DNA of 64,000 bases. Source: Anthoceros angustus. Lineage: Eukaryota; Plantae; Anthocerotophyta. Location of the stretch: the NCBI GenBank assembly GCA_010909165.1, contig VJWM01000007.1, positions 124,001-188,000 of the forward strand, in the 5' to 3' direction. The position numbers and the translations under genes were made by a program. Below are positions 36,492-49,620 of this stretch, piece by piece; position 1 is the stretch's first letter; the number at the start of each line of letters is the position of its first letter. The notes beneath the pieces were generated by a model, which was not told where the DNA came from, did no database searches, and saw nothing but the letters and a program-made list of their open reading frames with translations.

Positions 36492-38313
36492 CCATGAGCG
36501 ACCATAAACATACCAAAGAAGCCAAAAGCACATACCTCACACTGAGCGGCCGGAAAGAAGCTGAGGCGGGCACACGTGGAAACCGTCATCGTATGCAACT
36601 ACAGGAAACTTCCGCCCTCCCGTTCGATTCGCAATTTTCTTCTTCCCCTCCCGCTTGCGTTCGGTCGAGGCAAGCTTTGCCACTTCCACCGCTTCCCTCC
36701 CTGCCTTCTGCAGGCACACATTGCACATACAAACCAGCATGGCCATCATGAGTTATCTAGCGTTAATGGGTTTCCACAACAAGATGTCCATTTGCCTTAC
36801 CTTCCCTCCAGTCCCTCCTCTTTTCTTACGCCTTCTTGCTGGACATTTTCTCTTATGTCCTCCTTCTTCCGGTATGCCATGACCCGTACCCTTGTCACTT
36901 TCGCCCCATGCATGCCTCCTCTACTCCTCCTCCGTTTTCCTCTTTCGGCCTCCACCCTTTATTGAAGAATAAGTGATTTAGTTAAACCTAACACAGTTAA
37001 GCTATCTAAGTTGCTATATGAGCAGTCACTTAGAAAGTATTTAAACAATTTTGTACTCTCATTTTATTATTCTGTTTTATGCTTTTGCTATTCTCTCGCC
37101 TCCGCTCGTGTTTTTCACATGGTATCATAGCCATGCTCTGTTTCTTAATACAATTAACAAGGTAATATTTGAAGGGGCTGAATATACATCAAGCAGCTTC
37201 ATAGGCCAATATACGCTGAACAGGGTTCGTGATGGGTATCAAATTGGTTCTATGCTTCATAGTTAGCGGAAAACACTGAAAAATTATGGTGTTCAACATG
37301 TGGATCTGATACGTTTATGGAAATCAGAGCGGCAGATCACACGTTCGGCTGAACTCGTAAAAGGAATACTTTACAATGAAGGGGGAACAAGGATATGAGT
37401 CAAGTCCATGAGCGACCATAAACATACACCAAAAGCCACAAAACGCACATGCCTCACACAGGCGGAAAGAAGCTGAGGCGGGCACAGGCTGAAGCAAATC
37501 ATCGTATGCAACTACGAAACTTCCGCCCTCCCGTTCGATTAAATTTTCTTCTTCCCCTCACTTGCGTTCGGTCGAGCAAGCTTTGCCACTTCCACGCTTC
37601 CCCTCCTTGCGGCACACATTACACATACAAACCAGCATGGCCATCATGAGTTATCTAGCGTTAATGGGTTTCCACAACAAGATGTCCATTTGCCTTACCT
37701 TCCCTCCAGTCCCTCCTCTTTTCTTCTGCCCTTCTTGCTGGACATTTTCCTCTTATGTCCTCCTTCTTCCAGTACATGACGTGCCCTTGTCCTCGCCACC
37801 ATGGTGCCTCCTCTACTCCTCCTCCCGTTTTCCTCTTTCGGCCTCCACCCTTTATGTTAAGAATAAGTGATTTAGTTAAACCTAACACACAGGTTAAGCT
37901 ATCTAAGGTTGCTATATGAACAGTCACTTAGAAAGTATTTAAACAATTTTGTACTCTCATTTTATTATTCTGTTTTATGCTTTTGCTATTCTCTCGCCTC
38001 CGCTCGTGTTTTTCACATGGTATCATAGCCATGCTCTGTTTCTTAATACAATTAACAAGGTAATATTTGAAGGGGCTGAATATACATCAAAGCGACTTCA
38101 TAGGCCAATATCTGTTGAGCAGGGGTTCGTGATGGGTATCAAATTGGTTCTATGCTTCATAGTTAGCGGAAAACACTGAAAAATTATGGTGTTCAACATG
38201 TGGATCTGATACGTTTATGGAAATCAGAGCGGCAGATCACACGTTCGGCTGAACTCGTAAAAGGAATACTTTACAATGAAGGGGGAACAAGGATATAGAG
38301 TCCAAGTCCCATG
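36492..38313. repeat. Tandem duplication (about 914 bp) that includes part of the left LTR of copia-2
   Basis: Units start CCATGAGCGACCATAAAC at 36492 and 37406; the junction is at CCATGAG(C) microhomology with the LTR. Confidence 0.92.
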
Positions 38314-41300
38314 AACGGTTACAACTGTGAATAATTGTCATTAGGGTTTGCTAAAGTAATTAACCCTTGGTATATAACAATGAACCATAACTAATATAAT
38401 TATTTATCAACACCCCCTCTCATTGTATATACAATCAATTAGCAAAAACGGATAAACCAAATAATTGCCAAAAGCTGCTTAGGGTGTGAATGCCTCATGA
38501 CGGCACTGCTTCGATCGATCATCATCGATCACTCGATTGCCTGACTCCGGCTGTCGCGATCGCCTAAGCGCTCAATGTGGCTCAGCGGCTCCATAGATTT
38601 GCTCGGCTTCGGTCGATCATCATCTGATCACTCGGTTGCCACCAGCTCCGGTGTCGCGATCGCCTAAGCAGCTCAATGGTGGCTCAAGCGACTCCCATAG
38701 ATTTGCTCGACGAAGATGAGCGCGATCCACGAAATGAAGGACACCTACCAAATAGCTGTGCCTTCATCAAGTAGTAAAGAGTCTCCTGGCATGATTGCCC
38801 TCAGCGCCGCGTTAAGTGCCACAGCGCTCCTCCTTGCCCTGTCCATCCCAAGGAAAACATACACAGGATGTCTGACCGAGGAGCTGCTAGACACTGGCAA
38901 AGGTGCCTTCAAGAGGCGAACGAAAGGGAAGCAAGACTGGTGCAGGAGATAGCTTCACTCAAGCGGACTGCTGCAAAGACTTTCATATAGCCTGCTCCCT
39001 ACAACTACTAGAACGCTAAGACACGGACTGAGAAACTGACGGAGGGGCTGGACCAGGTGATACTCCCTGAGAACTATCAGCCGAGAGACTTCAACATGCC
39101 CCTAGGTCACCTGTACAAGACGAGGAGGGTGGTGACAGACGGAGATGGTGCTAACGACCGTATGATGCCTGAGGTCTACATGTGCCCTACATCAAAGGTG
39201 ACCATGTTCCGGCAGAATTGGTGGAGATGGGGAGGACAAGACAGCAACTTTGTGTCATACTATGGTGAGTCCACAACACGTCAGATTACTTGCACACAAT
39301 TATTGTGGTTTGACACCTCTTGAACCTCACGTATATCTTGTCATGTCTAGAGAAAGGATGGTGAGAAATTTGGAATAGATGCGGATGAAGACGAAGAGGC
39401 AGTGCGAAGGAGACAACCCTGACTTTGACCCAAATCTTGTTGAACTCCAGAAGATGAACAAGAAAGGAAAAACTAAATTCCTATCCCCCTCTAGCTCCGA
39501 GGGGTCTGATGATTTCTGAATTCTGCATCTTCTTAGGTAGGGTGTAGATTAGCAAGAAATTGAACTTGACTCCTACCTACCTGCCTCTCAGACTTTGTGA
39601 CTCACACTCTGTTGGAAATGTTTGACGTGTGAAGAGGTCCAAAACGCCCAAGGCTTCTTTGAAGTGATAATGCTTCACCCTAGGTAAGGATTTGGTAAGT
39701 ATGTCTGCAGCGTTTGAATCTGTTGGCACATAATCCAGCTTAACCTGTTTTCGTCTCAACAGCATGCTGTATGAAGTGGTGATGAGCTTCCACATGTTTA
39801 GTTCTGGCATGAAATACTGGGTTTTGTGCCAATGCCAACGCAGACTGATTGTCACAATATATGACAGTTGGCTCCTTTTGTGGCTGTCCAAGATCAGCTA
39901 GTAGTCTTCGCAGCCATATTGCTTCCTTAGAGGCCTGTGTCAGGGCAGAGTATTCTGCCTCCGTTGATGAAAGGGACACGGTTATGCCTTCTTTGAGGAC
40001 CCGGTGACGCTCACGGCCGGTAAGAAAGCATAGGCGGACGGATCTCCTCGGGATCTACGCAGCCCGTCGGCATCGCGATGCGACAAGCGTAAGTTCCTCC
40101 CCTTTATATCTCTGTTTGGTGTAATGTATGCCATGGTCACTTGTGCCTTTCAAATATCTCAAAATCCTGCTTAGCCGCTGACCAGTGTGCCCTTCCCGGA
40201 CTTTTGAGGTGCTGTGAAACCATGCTCACTGGAAGAGCTACATCAGGTCGGCTGTTATTGGAGCAATAAATAAGAGAACCAACTGCTTGAGCATACGGGA
40301 CTGCCACCATCTCCAGCTTGTCGGCATCAGTCACTAGAGACTGAGCAGTTGTCAACTTACATCCAGTCTCAAGAGGTGTAACAGCTGTCTTTGCCTCCTC
40401 AAGTTTGTACTTAAATAGCATATCGAGAATGTATTTTTGCTGATGAATCACAAGTGTGCCACTTGCAGGATCTCGATACAGCTGTGTGCCAAGGCAGACA
40501 ACTCCCCGACATCTACCATTTCAAACTGACCAGAAAGCAAGACCTTCACTCGAGTAATCCCTTCCAGGTCTGTCCCTAAAAGTATACAATCATCTACGTA
40601 CAGGGCTAATATGACAAAACCTGTTTGCTCTTGCAGAAGGTACACATTAGTATTAGTTGTGCTTTTGAGGAAACTAGACCTAAGAGAAACTCATCTATAC
40701 ACGCATACCATGCACGAGGACTCTGTTTTAAACCGTAGATTGTCTTTAGCAACTGACATACCCAGTCCTCTTTCCCCTCAACCTCAAATCCCTCAGGCTG
40801 CTGCATAAATATGTCCTCCTCTAATTTCCCATGGAGAAAGGCGGTCTTGACATCCATCTGGTGGATGAACAAGCCAAAGAATGCAGACATAGAGAATAGC
40901 ACCCTAAGAGACTGAGACTTGACTACAGGGCTAAAAGTGTCATGATAGTCTAAGCCAGGAACCTGTGAAAAACCACGAGCAACTAACCTGGCCTTATATC
41001 TGGAGATAGATCCGTCCGACTTATATTTCAGCTTAAACACCCACTTTGAGGTGACAATTTTTCTCTCCTCAGGCGGAGGAACTAGCTGCCAGGTATTGTT
41101 CTGTATCAATGAGTCATATTCGGACTTGATAGCAGCTTGCCAAAGCGGAGCCTCTGGCCCACTAACAGCCTCCTCATAACTCTAAGGTTCATAGCCAGGG
41201 TCAAAGGCTAAATTGACAACATCCACTACCACTTCATCCGATGCTGAGCCATGAGGTCTAGGAACCGTCATGAAGTCTTCACTGCGGTATGGGGGTTCCT

Positions 41301-44300
41301 TCCAGTTCTCACGTGGTCTATGCACTCGAGCAGATCTCCTGAGTGGCGCAGGCTGAGGTATAGGCATCACGTATTCCACAAGGTCATCAACAAACCAATG
41401 GGTTTGGACATAAGGTGAGAGCGATGAGTGTCAGGACCTCGGGTTCTTCATCATCGCGTCACGGGATCGGTGGTGGGAGAGGATCATCAATTGGCATAGG
41501 ATCAGGTGGATCTCCATGATCATGTGGTGCTTCTGGCACGACGGGCTGGGGTTGAGGTAAGTTGGGAGCTACTGCTAATGGATCTACAAATGATGAATCA
41601 GTGTCAGGAAACGTCACAAAATCTGAGTCACTAATCTCAACATCCATCTCTGCAGGTTTGTCTTCTACCTCAACTCTGTCAGTATCAAGAAAATCACCAG
41701 GAGGATGAACTGGAGATTCAAGAACAGAACTCTCATCAAAGGCAACTGTCCTAGCATGAGACACTTGACGGTTAGTGGGATCAAACAGCTTGTATCCATG
41801 TATCCCTGCGGTGTACCCTATGAAAATGTGACGCTTAGATTTGAAAGAAAATTTGTGACGAAGCTTATCTGGTATGTGAGCATATGCTGTACTACCAAAC
41901 ACTCTAAGATGCGACAGATCTGGTTTGATACCCGTCCATGCTTCGAAAGGTGTACAGCCATGAAGAGAAGAAACAGCAGAACGGTTCTGGAGGTATGTGG
42001 CCACTTGTACTGCTTCTGCCCAAAATCTAACTGGTAGTCTCCCCTGATAGAGAAGGGCTCTAGCAACATCCTGAATTGTTTGTGTCTTCTCTCAGCTCGT
42101 CCATTCATATCTGAATGATGTGGGATTGTGAGTTGTCGTGTTATCCCCCTCTCCTTACAATAATCCTGAAAGGCTGTGGATAGATACTCTTTCCCATTGT
42201 CAGAACGGATACACTTCAATTTGATAACACTGTCTCGCATATCACGAAGTCACTTAAAGCTCTCGAACACCTCACTCTTGTGTCGAAGGAGCTCTGTCAC
42301 AGTGAAATGTGACTTGTCGTCTTCAAACACGATAAAATATCTTGCTCCTCCCTAAGAGTTCACAGACATAGGCCCACAGATATCCGTGTGGATTAGGTCT
42401 AGTACTTCTGTGGCCTTTCTTGGTTTTCCACTACCAAAGTGAGATTTAAATTGTTTACCATGCACACAGGCCACACACAACAAGATCAGAAAGTTCCTTC
42501 TCACTAAAGCAAGTTACCATCTTCTCTCGAAGGAGTCTCCTCATAGCTTGTATGTTGGGATGTCCCAAGTGGCAGTGCCACTTAAATGCACTGCTGGAAT
42601 TGCCAGCCTTCGTACTAATATCAGTGACATTGGCTGATGCAGATGGGACATCAGAAGAAAAGTCCAGAAAGTAAAGATCGAACAAAGGGGTCCCTCGAGC
42701 AATTACTTTTGATGGTGCTAATAGTCTGGAGATATGGCATTCGATCCCCTCGAAAGTGATTCGGTACAGACCTGTCTTCCCAAGTGCCATTGTGCTCACC
42801 AGATTCTTAGCAAGGGCTGGAACATGTAGAGCACTCTCGAGTAAGTAACGTCCTTGTGATTTGTATAGTTCATGTTCCCTTGATTGGAATAGTTGAGTTA
42901 TCTCCTAATACCACGGCTGTCTGATGGCATGTGGGAGATGGCTCATATGTGATAAAAGACTTCCTCGAGCACATGTGGTTGGAGGCTCCACTGTCCAGGA
43001 ACCATTTCTGACAGCCTTTTGTAGAAGAAGTGAGACATGCGACCAGCAGGCCAGGAGTAGAAGCCCTAGCTGTATGAGCTTCGGTTTGCCTACCTCTTGC
43101 ACTCTCATCTTTAACTTTCTTCCTATAGTCCTTAACCCAGTGACTGGTTTCCCACAGTAGTTGCAATTTCCAGGCTTGGAGGTAGAATTGAAGGATGGGC
43201 GGGGTGGGAGGATGACATAGCGGACCTCTACCCTGCCACCACCTCTACCTCTCCCCTACCTCTACCACATGCCCTCTGCCACCTGGAGAACAATGTATCA
43301 CTCTGTTTATGTGGGGCATGGGGCCGGAAGAACTACCCTTCATTTGTTTTCTATTGGCTTCAAGTGCAGCAAGGCTCCTACAACATACATGCAGAGGTTA
43401 GAAGTTGTTGGGGTAGTTGCTGTGGCAGGTGTTACTGTTGCTGATGTTTGAAGGCTTGAGCTGAAATATTCGTAGCTAGGTGGAAGTGAAAGTAACAGCT
43501 GAACTGCTGCCCTTGATTCGGAGATGATAACTCCACAGGAAGCAAGTCTGGCTTTCAAAGCCCTGAACTTAGAGACATGGCCCTCAACGGAGTCACTCTC
43601 CTTCATGCGAAGTGTTTGATATTGCAGTGTAGCTGCAGCCTCTGCTACCATATCCTTAGTATCATAAGTTTCTGATAGCAATGACCAAACCTCGTTTGAA
43701 GTCTGCGTCATTCTTATATGAGTATCATCTCTTGAGACACGGAAGCCACAAGAATGTTTCTTGCCTTCTGTCTTTGTAATTCCATTCTAACTCATCCTTC
43801 TTTGTATATTTAGTCTGACCCGGGCAGAGAAGGGAGGCGATCGACAACTCTCCTTGATGCAGTCCATCAACAACATCCATCAAAAGCTTCTCATCTAGGA
43901 TATACAACCACGGCTCAGGCATCAAAATTATGTGAGGTCAATCAGTCCTTCTCCGCAATCTATCGGATCCGATGTATAGATTAGAGGACCCCATGCTTAG
44001 TCAAAACTCGACTTAAAGAGACCCGACAGGCGAGCCAGCTCCACGAAAGTAATGTCTATTCTTGTTTAGCCATTGTCGAGATCAATCCCCAAGCTCTCAA
44101 GTCGATCCTGTCTTGTTGCAGTTATCACACAGTGGTGTACTCCGATGTGCTCCTCACGTTCAGGATAGAATTAAGAATAGCATCATACTCTGTGAACTTC
44201 TCTGGGTAGCGCTTGGAACTACTGGATTGTGGAACACTTGATGATGCTGAATTCGTATGCTGATTTCTGCAAGCTGTTCTCCTTCTTTGGGGTTGCTTAG

Positions 44301-44797
44301 GTTCTGAATCTAAATCACGGTCTTCTGTGTGCGTGATGCTTGCAAATTAAAGAACTCACGAGAAAGCGAGCTCTCGGCTCTCTCTGTGACGCTCCTCCTT
44401 GAAGAACTTCTTTTCAAATTCGATCTGCTGATTGCTGAATTTTCCCCTCTCAAATTAGGCGGGATTGCACAGAGAATTCTTTCGAGGCATCCTTGCTTTA
44501 GAAACTAGGGTTTCATAGATACTCTATGTGTGAGAACTCCCATCACTTAGAATCGACAGATGGCTATAGATGAACAGAGACATTCAAAGTGCAGGCTCAC
44601 GATGATACGTTTGTAAATCGAGCGGCATCACGTTGGGTGAACTCATATAAAGGAATACTTTACAATGAAGGGGAACAAGGATATAGAGTCCAAGTCCATG
44701 AGCAGTTACAACTATGAATAATTGTCATTAGGGTTTGCTAAAGTAATTAACCCTTGGTATATAACAATGAACCATAACTAATATAATTATTTATCGA
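38207..44797 (-). mobile_element. Ty1/copia retrotransposon (copia-2), both LTRs present, degenerate
   Basis: LTRs about 200 bp at 38207-38412 and 44603-44797 (TGATACGTTT...TTATC); PPT GAGAGGGGG at 38413-38421; possible TSD GGATC/(A)GATC. Confidence 0.92.
39577..43925 (-). pseudogene. copia-2 gag-pol
   Basis: gag ORF 43340..43711; WFLDSGASNHMC; KWHCHLGHPN; CIRSDNGKEY; KWVFKLKY...ARLVARGFSQ; LYVDD; SLSSTEAEY; ADILTKSL. Confidence 0.95.
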
Positions 44798-46459
44798 GAT
44801 CATAGGATCCATGGATGACGATTGGAACAAGAATTAGTACTTGCATCACAATACATGATTCAAGGGAATGGAGACCCATGCCGTAACAAAGTGCATAGAT
44901 GCGAGCATTATGAATTTGTGCTTGTTGTATTAATTGCGGACTTATTTATGTATGTCCTCACGACCTGTAACCCAAAACTATAATGCATGGACTTTCGGAA
45001 AAGGAATACATCGGTGAGACATAATATGTAGGATATCATTAGTGATTAGGGTGAGAGGGTTAGGGGGCGCCGCATCTTGGGCGCCCATTTTCATGTCGGC
45101 TCCTAGCCATGGTCCTTGCTCATTGTTCAGATGTGCAAGGAGGCGGTCGGGGTAAATGCCCGGCATGCAACACTGCCATTAGCCACGACCCACCGCTCTC
45201 CTTGCAACATCTAAATGAGATGGTGCCGCCCGTCGATCAAACGATGCCATCAGATGAATTCTCATGCCTAGTCCACATGAGCGGAGGAACTTAGTTTATC
45301 CCCGTGTCTGTTCTTTGACAACATGCCTCAAACTAGGGTTGGGAAACAAAGTGTGATGAACCCTAGGGTTGGGATCTCACTTCAACTGAGGAATGTTCAA
45401 TGAATAAATCGATCCGTTTCATGTAAGGGGCCGCATGCCCATAATGTAACATTTTCTTTGTAATCTGAGATAATAAAATTCACTCACACGATACTCTTGC
45501 TCGTCTTCCATTGGCCATGACAACACCATCCAATAGATCTCCTTATCTTGTACCAACCATTAAATCATCCTCACTCTTAGCGACTCTAAACCTTCTTCTC
45601 AACACATGTCGCGACCGGAATTGGTGTACGCGACACGATTCTGATTTCCGTTCATTTGTGTAACCCGATGCGATCGAGAGAAGGAGGTCGAAACCTAAAG
45701 GCTATGATGCGGAAGTTGAACAACCTTTCGTTCCAACACCAATTCAAAATTACCCAGTGGGCACTATTCCACTCTATGTCCACTCTATGTCACACAGTAG
45801 GTCTGTGATCCCCAAGAGGTATCCATCATTTCCATTAGTATAATCGCTCTCCTCGAGAAGACGAATGGAGGGAAGAGGATCTCCCTCACAGAAATTCCGC
45901 AGGAGGTCCTGGATATGATGGACGGAGGAGTGAAGGCCCATGCCAAGAATGGATGGAAGACGGACAGTATCAAGGAGCTGAAGTGGAGGCTCTTTGCGAA
46001 GATTGTGTTGGGGTTGGTGAATTACCAATGGACTTCTTACTTCGGCACCAACAACACCATAATATTTGAAGCGGCTGAATATACAAACCCTCTTCCGCAA
46101 ATCAGAAACCCTCATGTTCAAATCTTGACAGTGCCTATAATGCATGATTAAGCATGATTTGATTCTAAGGGATGGGTGTTATGTCATCTCAATGCAATTT
46201 CCTTTGCAGTTAATCGCCTCTAGTTATGGTGGTTGCCTTGAAATAGGCGTTTTGGACGTACCGTTAAAGGCTTTTGAAGGTGAAGGCGTGGCATGCGCGC
46301 CTCGCTCGTCGTTACACATAAAACTTTCAACCCATGAAAGCAAAAAGCTTACCTACTACCGCGGCCAGTCAAAACAAGGCGGGACTCACATGAGCCTTGT
46401 GACACGCTATCCATGACTACTTCTACGGTCTTGAGGTGGCATGATCTGGGTCTTCAAAG

Positions 46460-49400
46460 TTGTCGTTCTCCTCCATGATATTTCACGTGTCCGAGGAGCC
46501 ACCTCCACAACGATGGCTTGTCATTGGAGGCCACCTGTGTCCAATGTTTGCTGCCCAACGTCAAGGATCTCTGATCGGCGCTTTCCTCACAGACCCCAAA
46601 GAAACAACTTGAGCTTGTGACAAACCTTTTCCGACAATGTCACTTCTTTAGCCCAGGAGTTGGACCCGGCGGTGAGGCTCGTGGGTCAACTCCTCATCGG
46701 CGTCGGCAAAACTTCATATCCATGGATCCTCGATGTATGAACTCTGCGCGTTGTCCACATCCACGCAATGCAATTCGACCGCATAGGGGAGCGCCATCGT
46801 TGTCGATCCACTTCACACGCAGCGTCTAAAATCCAATCTCCCTCCTTCGAGAAGTTTTTGATGATTCTCATCATCGGGCCCAATGGCCTCGATGCACACA
46901 CCACCCTTATCGAGGGATGTGTATAGCGACTTCTTCACGGCGATGTCATGCCCAATGATTGACGTCCGTTGTTGAAGGAACCTGGACATTATTGGGGAGC
47001 ATGGAAATTTTGGCCAACTGGCGTGCGATGTTAAGCCCCACCCAAATGTATTCCATGTTATCGTAGCCCCTAGGTCGCTCGCATATTAGTCTTGTCCCAT
47101 ACAAATGACACCAACCTCCCCTTGCACCACTTCGCATTGCCTCCCTCATGTGGTGCTCCTCCACACCGCATGACTATCATCCGTATCTCATCGCAACTTG
47201 TCATATCATGGAAAGCATGGAAAACCGTACTCGGTCTGCCATAGTGACATCATGTTTTCCCTTGTTAAATCCTCGGGGCACATCCATGACCATCAATGTG
47301 TATTTCGAATCCATGAAGCCCCTCATGTCAACGATATCCCTTGCCATAACTGGTACTTCACAATATTCTCTTGTCGGGCCTTGAAAGATTGCGGGCCTTC
47401 TTCCATGTGTCCGCCATAGCCCTCTGCTCCTCCTCAAGCCTTTCCAAGTGTGCACTTCAAGCACAAAAGCTTGAAAAGCGTCCGGTAGTTTCTTCAGTCA
47501 TCCACATCCTTTACTTGCATAAACAAAGATTATGTCAATATAGCAGACGGACATTCAATGGAAGGACATTCACAGGACAAAGGCATATCGGAAGAGCAAT
47601 GGCGGGCCGCATGCCCGGTCGTCGCCATTCTAAGACCTTCTCGAATGGGAGGCGTTGGGCAGCCGGCATGCGCCCATTAGTCCTCAAGTCTATCACGGAC
47701 TTGGAGGCTGCTGGACAGGCCGCATGCGGCGCTATCCGGCACGACCCCATGCCTGCATGCATTCGGCGCGGCACTCGCGCCGTTCGGCTGCCGCGCGGCA
47801 TGCGGCGCGGCCCGCCTCAGGAAAGCCGCGCCCGCCAGATGCCCCTCTCCTCGAATGCTGCGCCTCTCTCAGAGATGGAGGATAAAGGACACCTACCTTT
47901 CCCTCAAACGCGTTTGAAATCTTTACGATGTCAGTAGAGTGTTGAGGATATTCTTGCGGACTTGGTCGAATGAGTCACACCCCAAGTGCTTGGCCATCGC
48001 CACCGAATCACATGAAACTTCTTCCTCGGGGTGATTTCCTTCGCCATCCCATTGAGGTCCGAAGCCCCAAAACCTTCTCTGCACTTATCAACATTTGTTG
48101 CCCACTTTCCTGTGGGATGCCTTGAAAACTCCTCCAAGGCTTGCCTTGCATCTCTTTAGGCTTCAACAATGCGCCATCCCCTTGGGTCAAGTGACTTTAC
48201 GTTTGCCCTTGCTCTTCTTGCTTGTGCACGCTGCAACATGTTTACTGTCCGCAACTCCATGGACTCCCACTTGCTGAATATCTTGTCCACATTCGCCCAC
48301 ACTTTGCCTTCCAACGAGATGCATAGAATGTGGGTCCTGTTCTCTTGCATCCTCTCGGCCTTCGCTGCCGATCACCCAAGCACCTTGTACAAGTTGAATT
48401 TCGTTCATGGTCATGTTGACACCATCCCTCTTCGCGATTTGCAGCTCGTCTCTCAAATACCTCACGCTCAATAAAATTCATCTTCCGCCTCTTGTCGGAC
48501 ATGGTGTTGTGTGGTGGCTAAGACTCTCATTTCGAATAGTCGGACCACAATACACATGAGCCTCAATCCACGAGGCTTGCCTTCCAGTGATATGTCCGCA
48601 AGGTCTTTGCATATGCATATGTATGGTTTCCTCCAAGCACTCCCATCACATATTTTTACGAACTTCGCCAATCCAGACTTGATATCATTGCATTCTGCGG
48701 ATCAATCATGCAAAGCGAGGCAAGACTCCTTCCTCGATTCTCCCTTTGAAATCACCGCTAGGTAGTTCATCAAGCCTCGTCCACTTTTCGGATCTGGGCA
48801 TGAGTCGGGAAGCGGTCTCAAGTATTCCAAACGAGCGGTTTAACCACTTTCTTCCCATATGCGGCTTCTCTAATCTTCAAATAATCCTCATCCAACACGC
48901 CTCAACCTTTCTTCATCGATCGACACATGAAGTGTAGGAATATCTTGGATGGCGGATGGCTTGCCCATCATTGTGCCTTTCTTCCTCCCCATGGTATCTG
49001 GTTCCCCCTTACGCTCGATCACATCTGCGGTAGGTGCTTTCGCCTTGTGTAACATCCGAGGATACTCGGGCACCACACAATAACATCTGGATGGGCCGCA
49101 TCCCGGCCATCTATCCCGCTTTGCTTTCGGCATGCCCACCTGCCCCTTCCTCCGGCGCGCATCTGTTCCCACTCCCGGCCTCTGACCCTTGGTTGGCTCC
49201 CGGTTCCGGACCCGTCTCCATATGTCGGGTGCCGCTTTCCCATGGAAGGCACATCAGGCGCCGGCATGCCGGCGCCCTTCTTCGACCGCTTGTCCGGCGG
49301 GCAAAACCAAGACACTTGGGGGTGCCCAATTCACGCATGGCATGGGCGGCGGCGCCCTCCCTCTCCTCCCTCCTCGTCGCATCCCGGCATATGCTTGCAG

Positions 49401-49620
49401 GAGCTGCCGGAGGTTCGGCGAAAGTCCATGATGATATCCGCCTCCTTGCATCTTCCCTTCGGACCCGTCGCATCCATTGTCCAGTACATCGGTATAGGGC
49501 CATCTTCCTCGTCGGAAGGGCCCGGCTCGCTCATCAACATGAGGGATGGTCCTCATTGCGAACTCGGTGCATCTTGTTCTTCGGAAGACATCTCCCTCAC
49601 ATGATTAATCAGACTCTGTG
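46460..49620 (-). pseudogene. ParB-like domain + one beta-class N4C/N6A DNA methyltransferase domain (frameshifted as sequenced)
   Basis: QIRKVDEA; MIDP; VLGGNHTYA (48621-48640); EMRVLAT; YTLMVMDVPRGFN (47265-47300); FVWDKTN...MEYIWVG; RPLGPMMRIIKNFSKEGDWILDAAC.SGSTT...NCIA.DVD (46750-46890). Confidence 0.82.
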
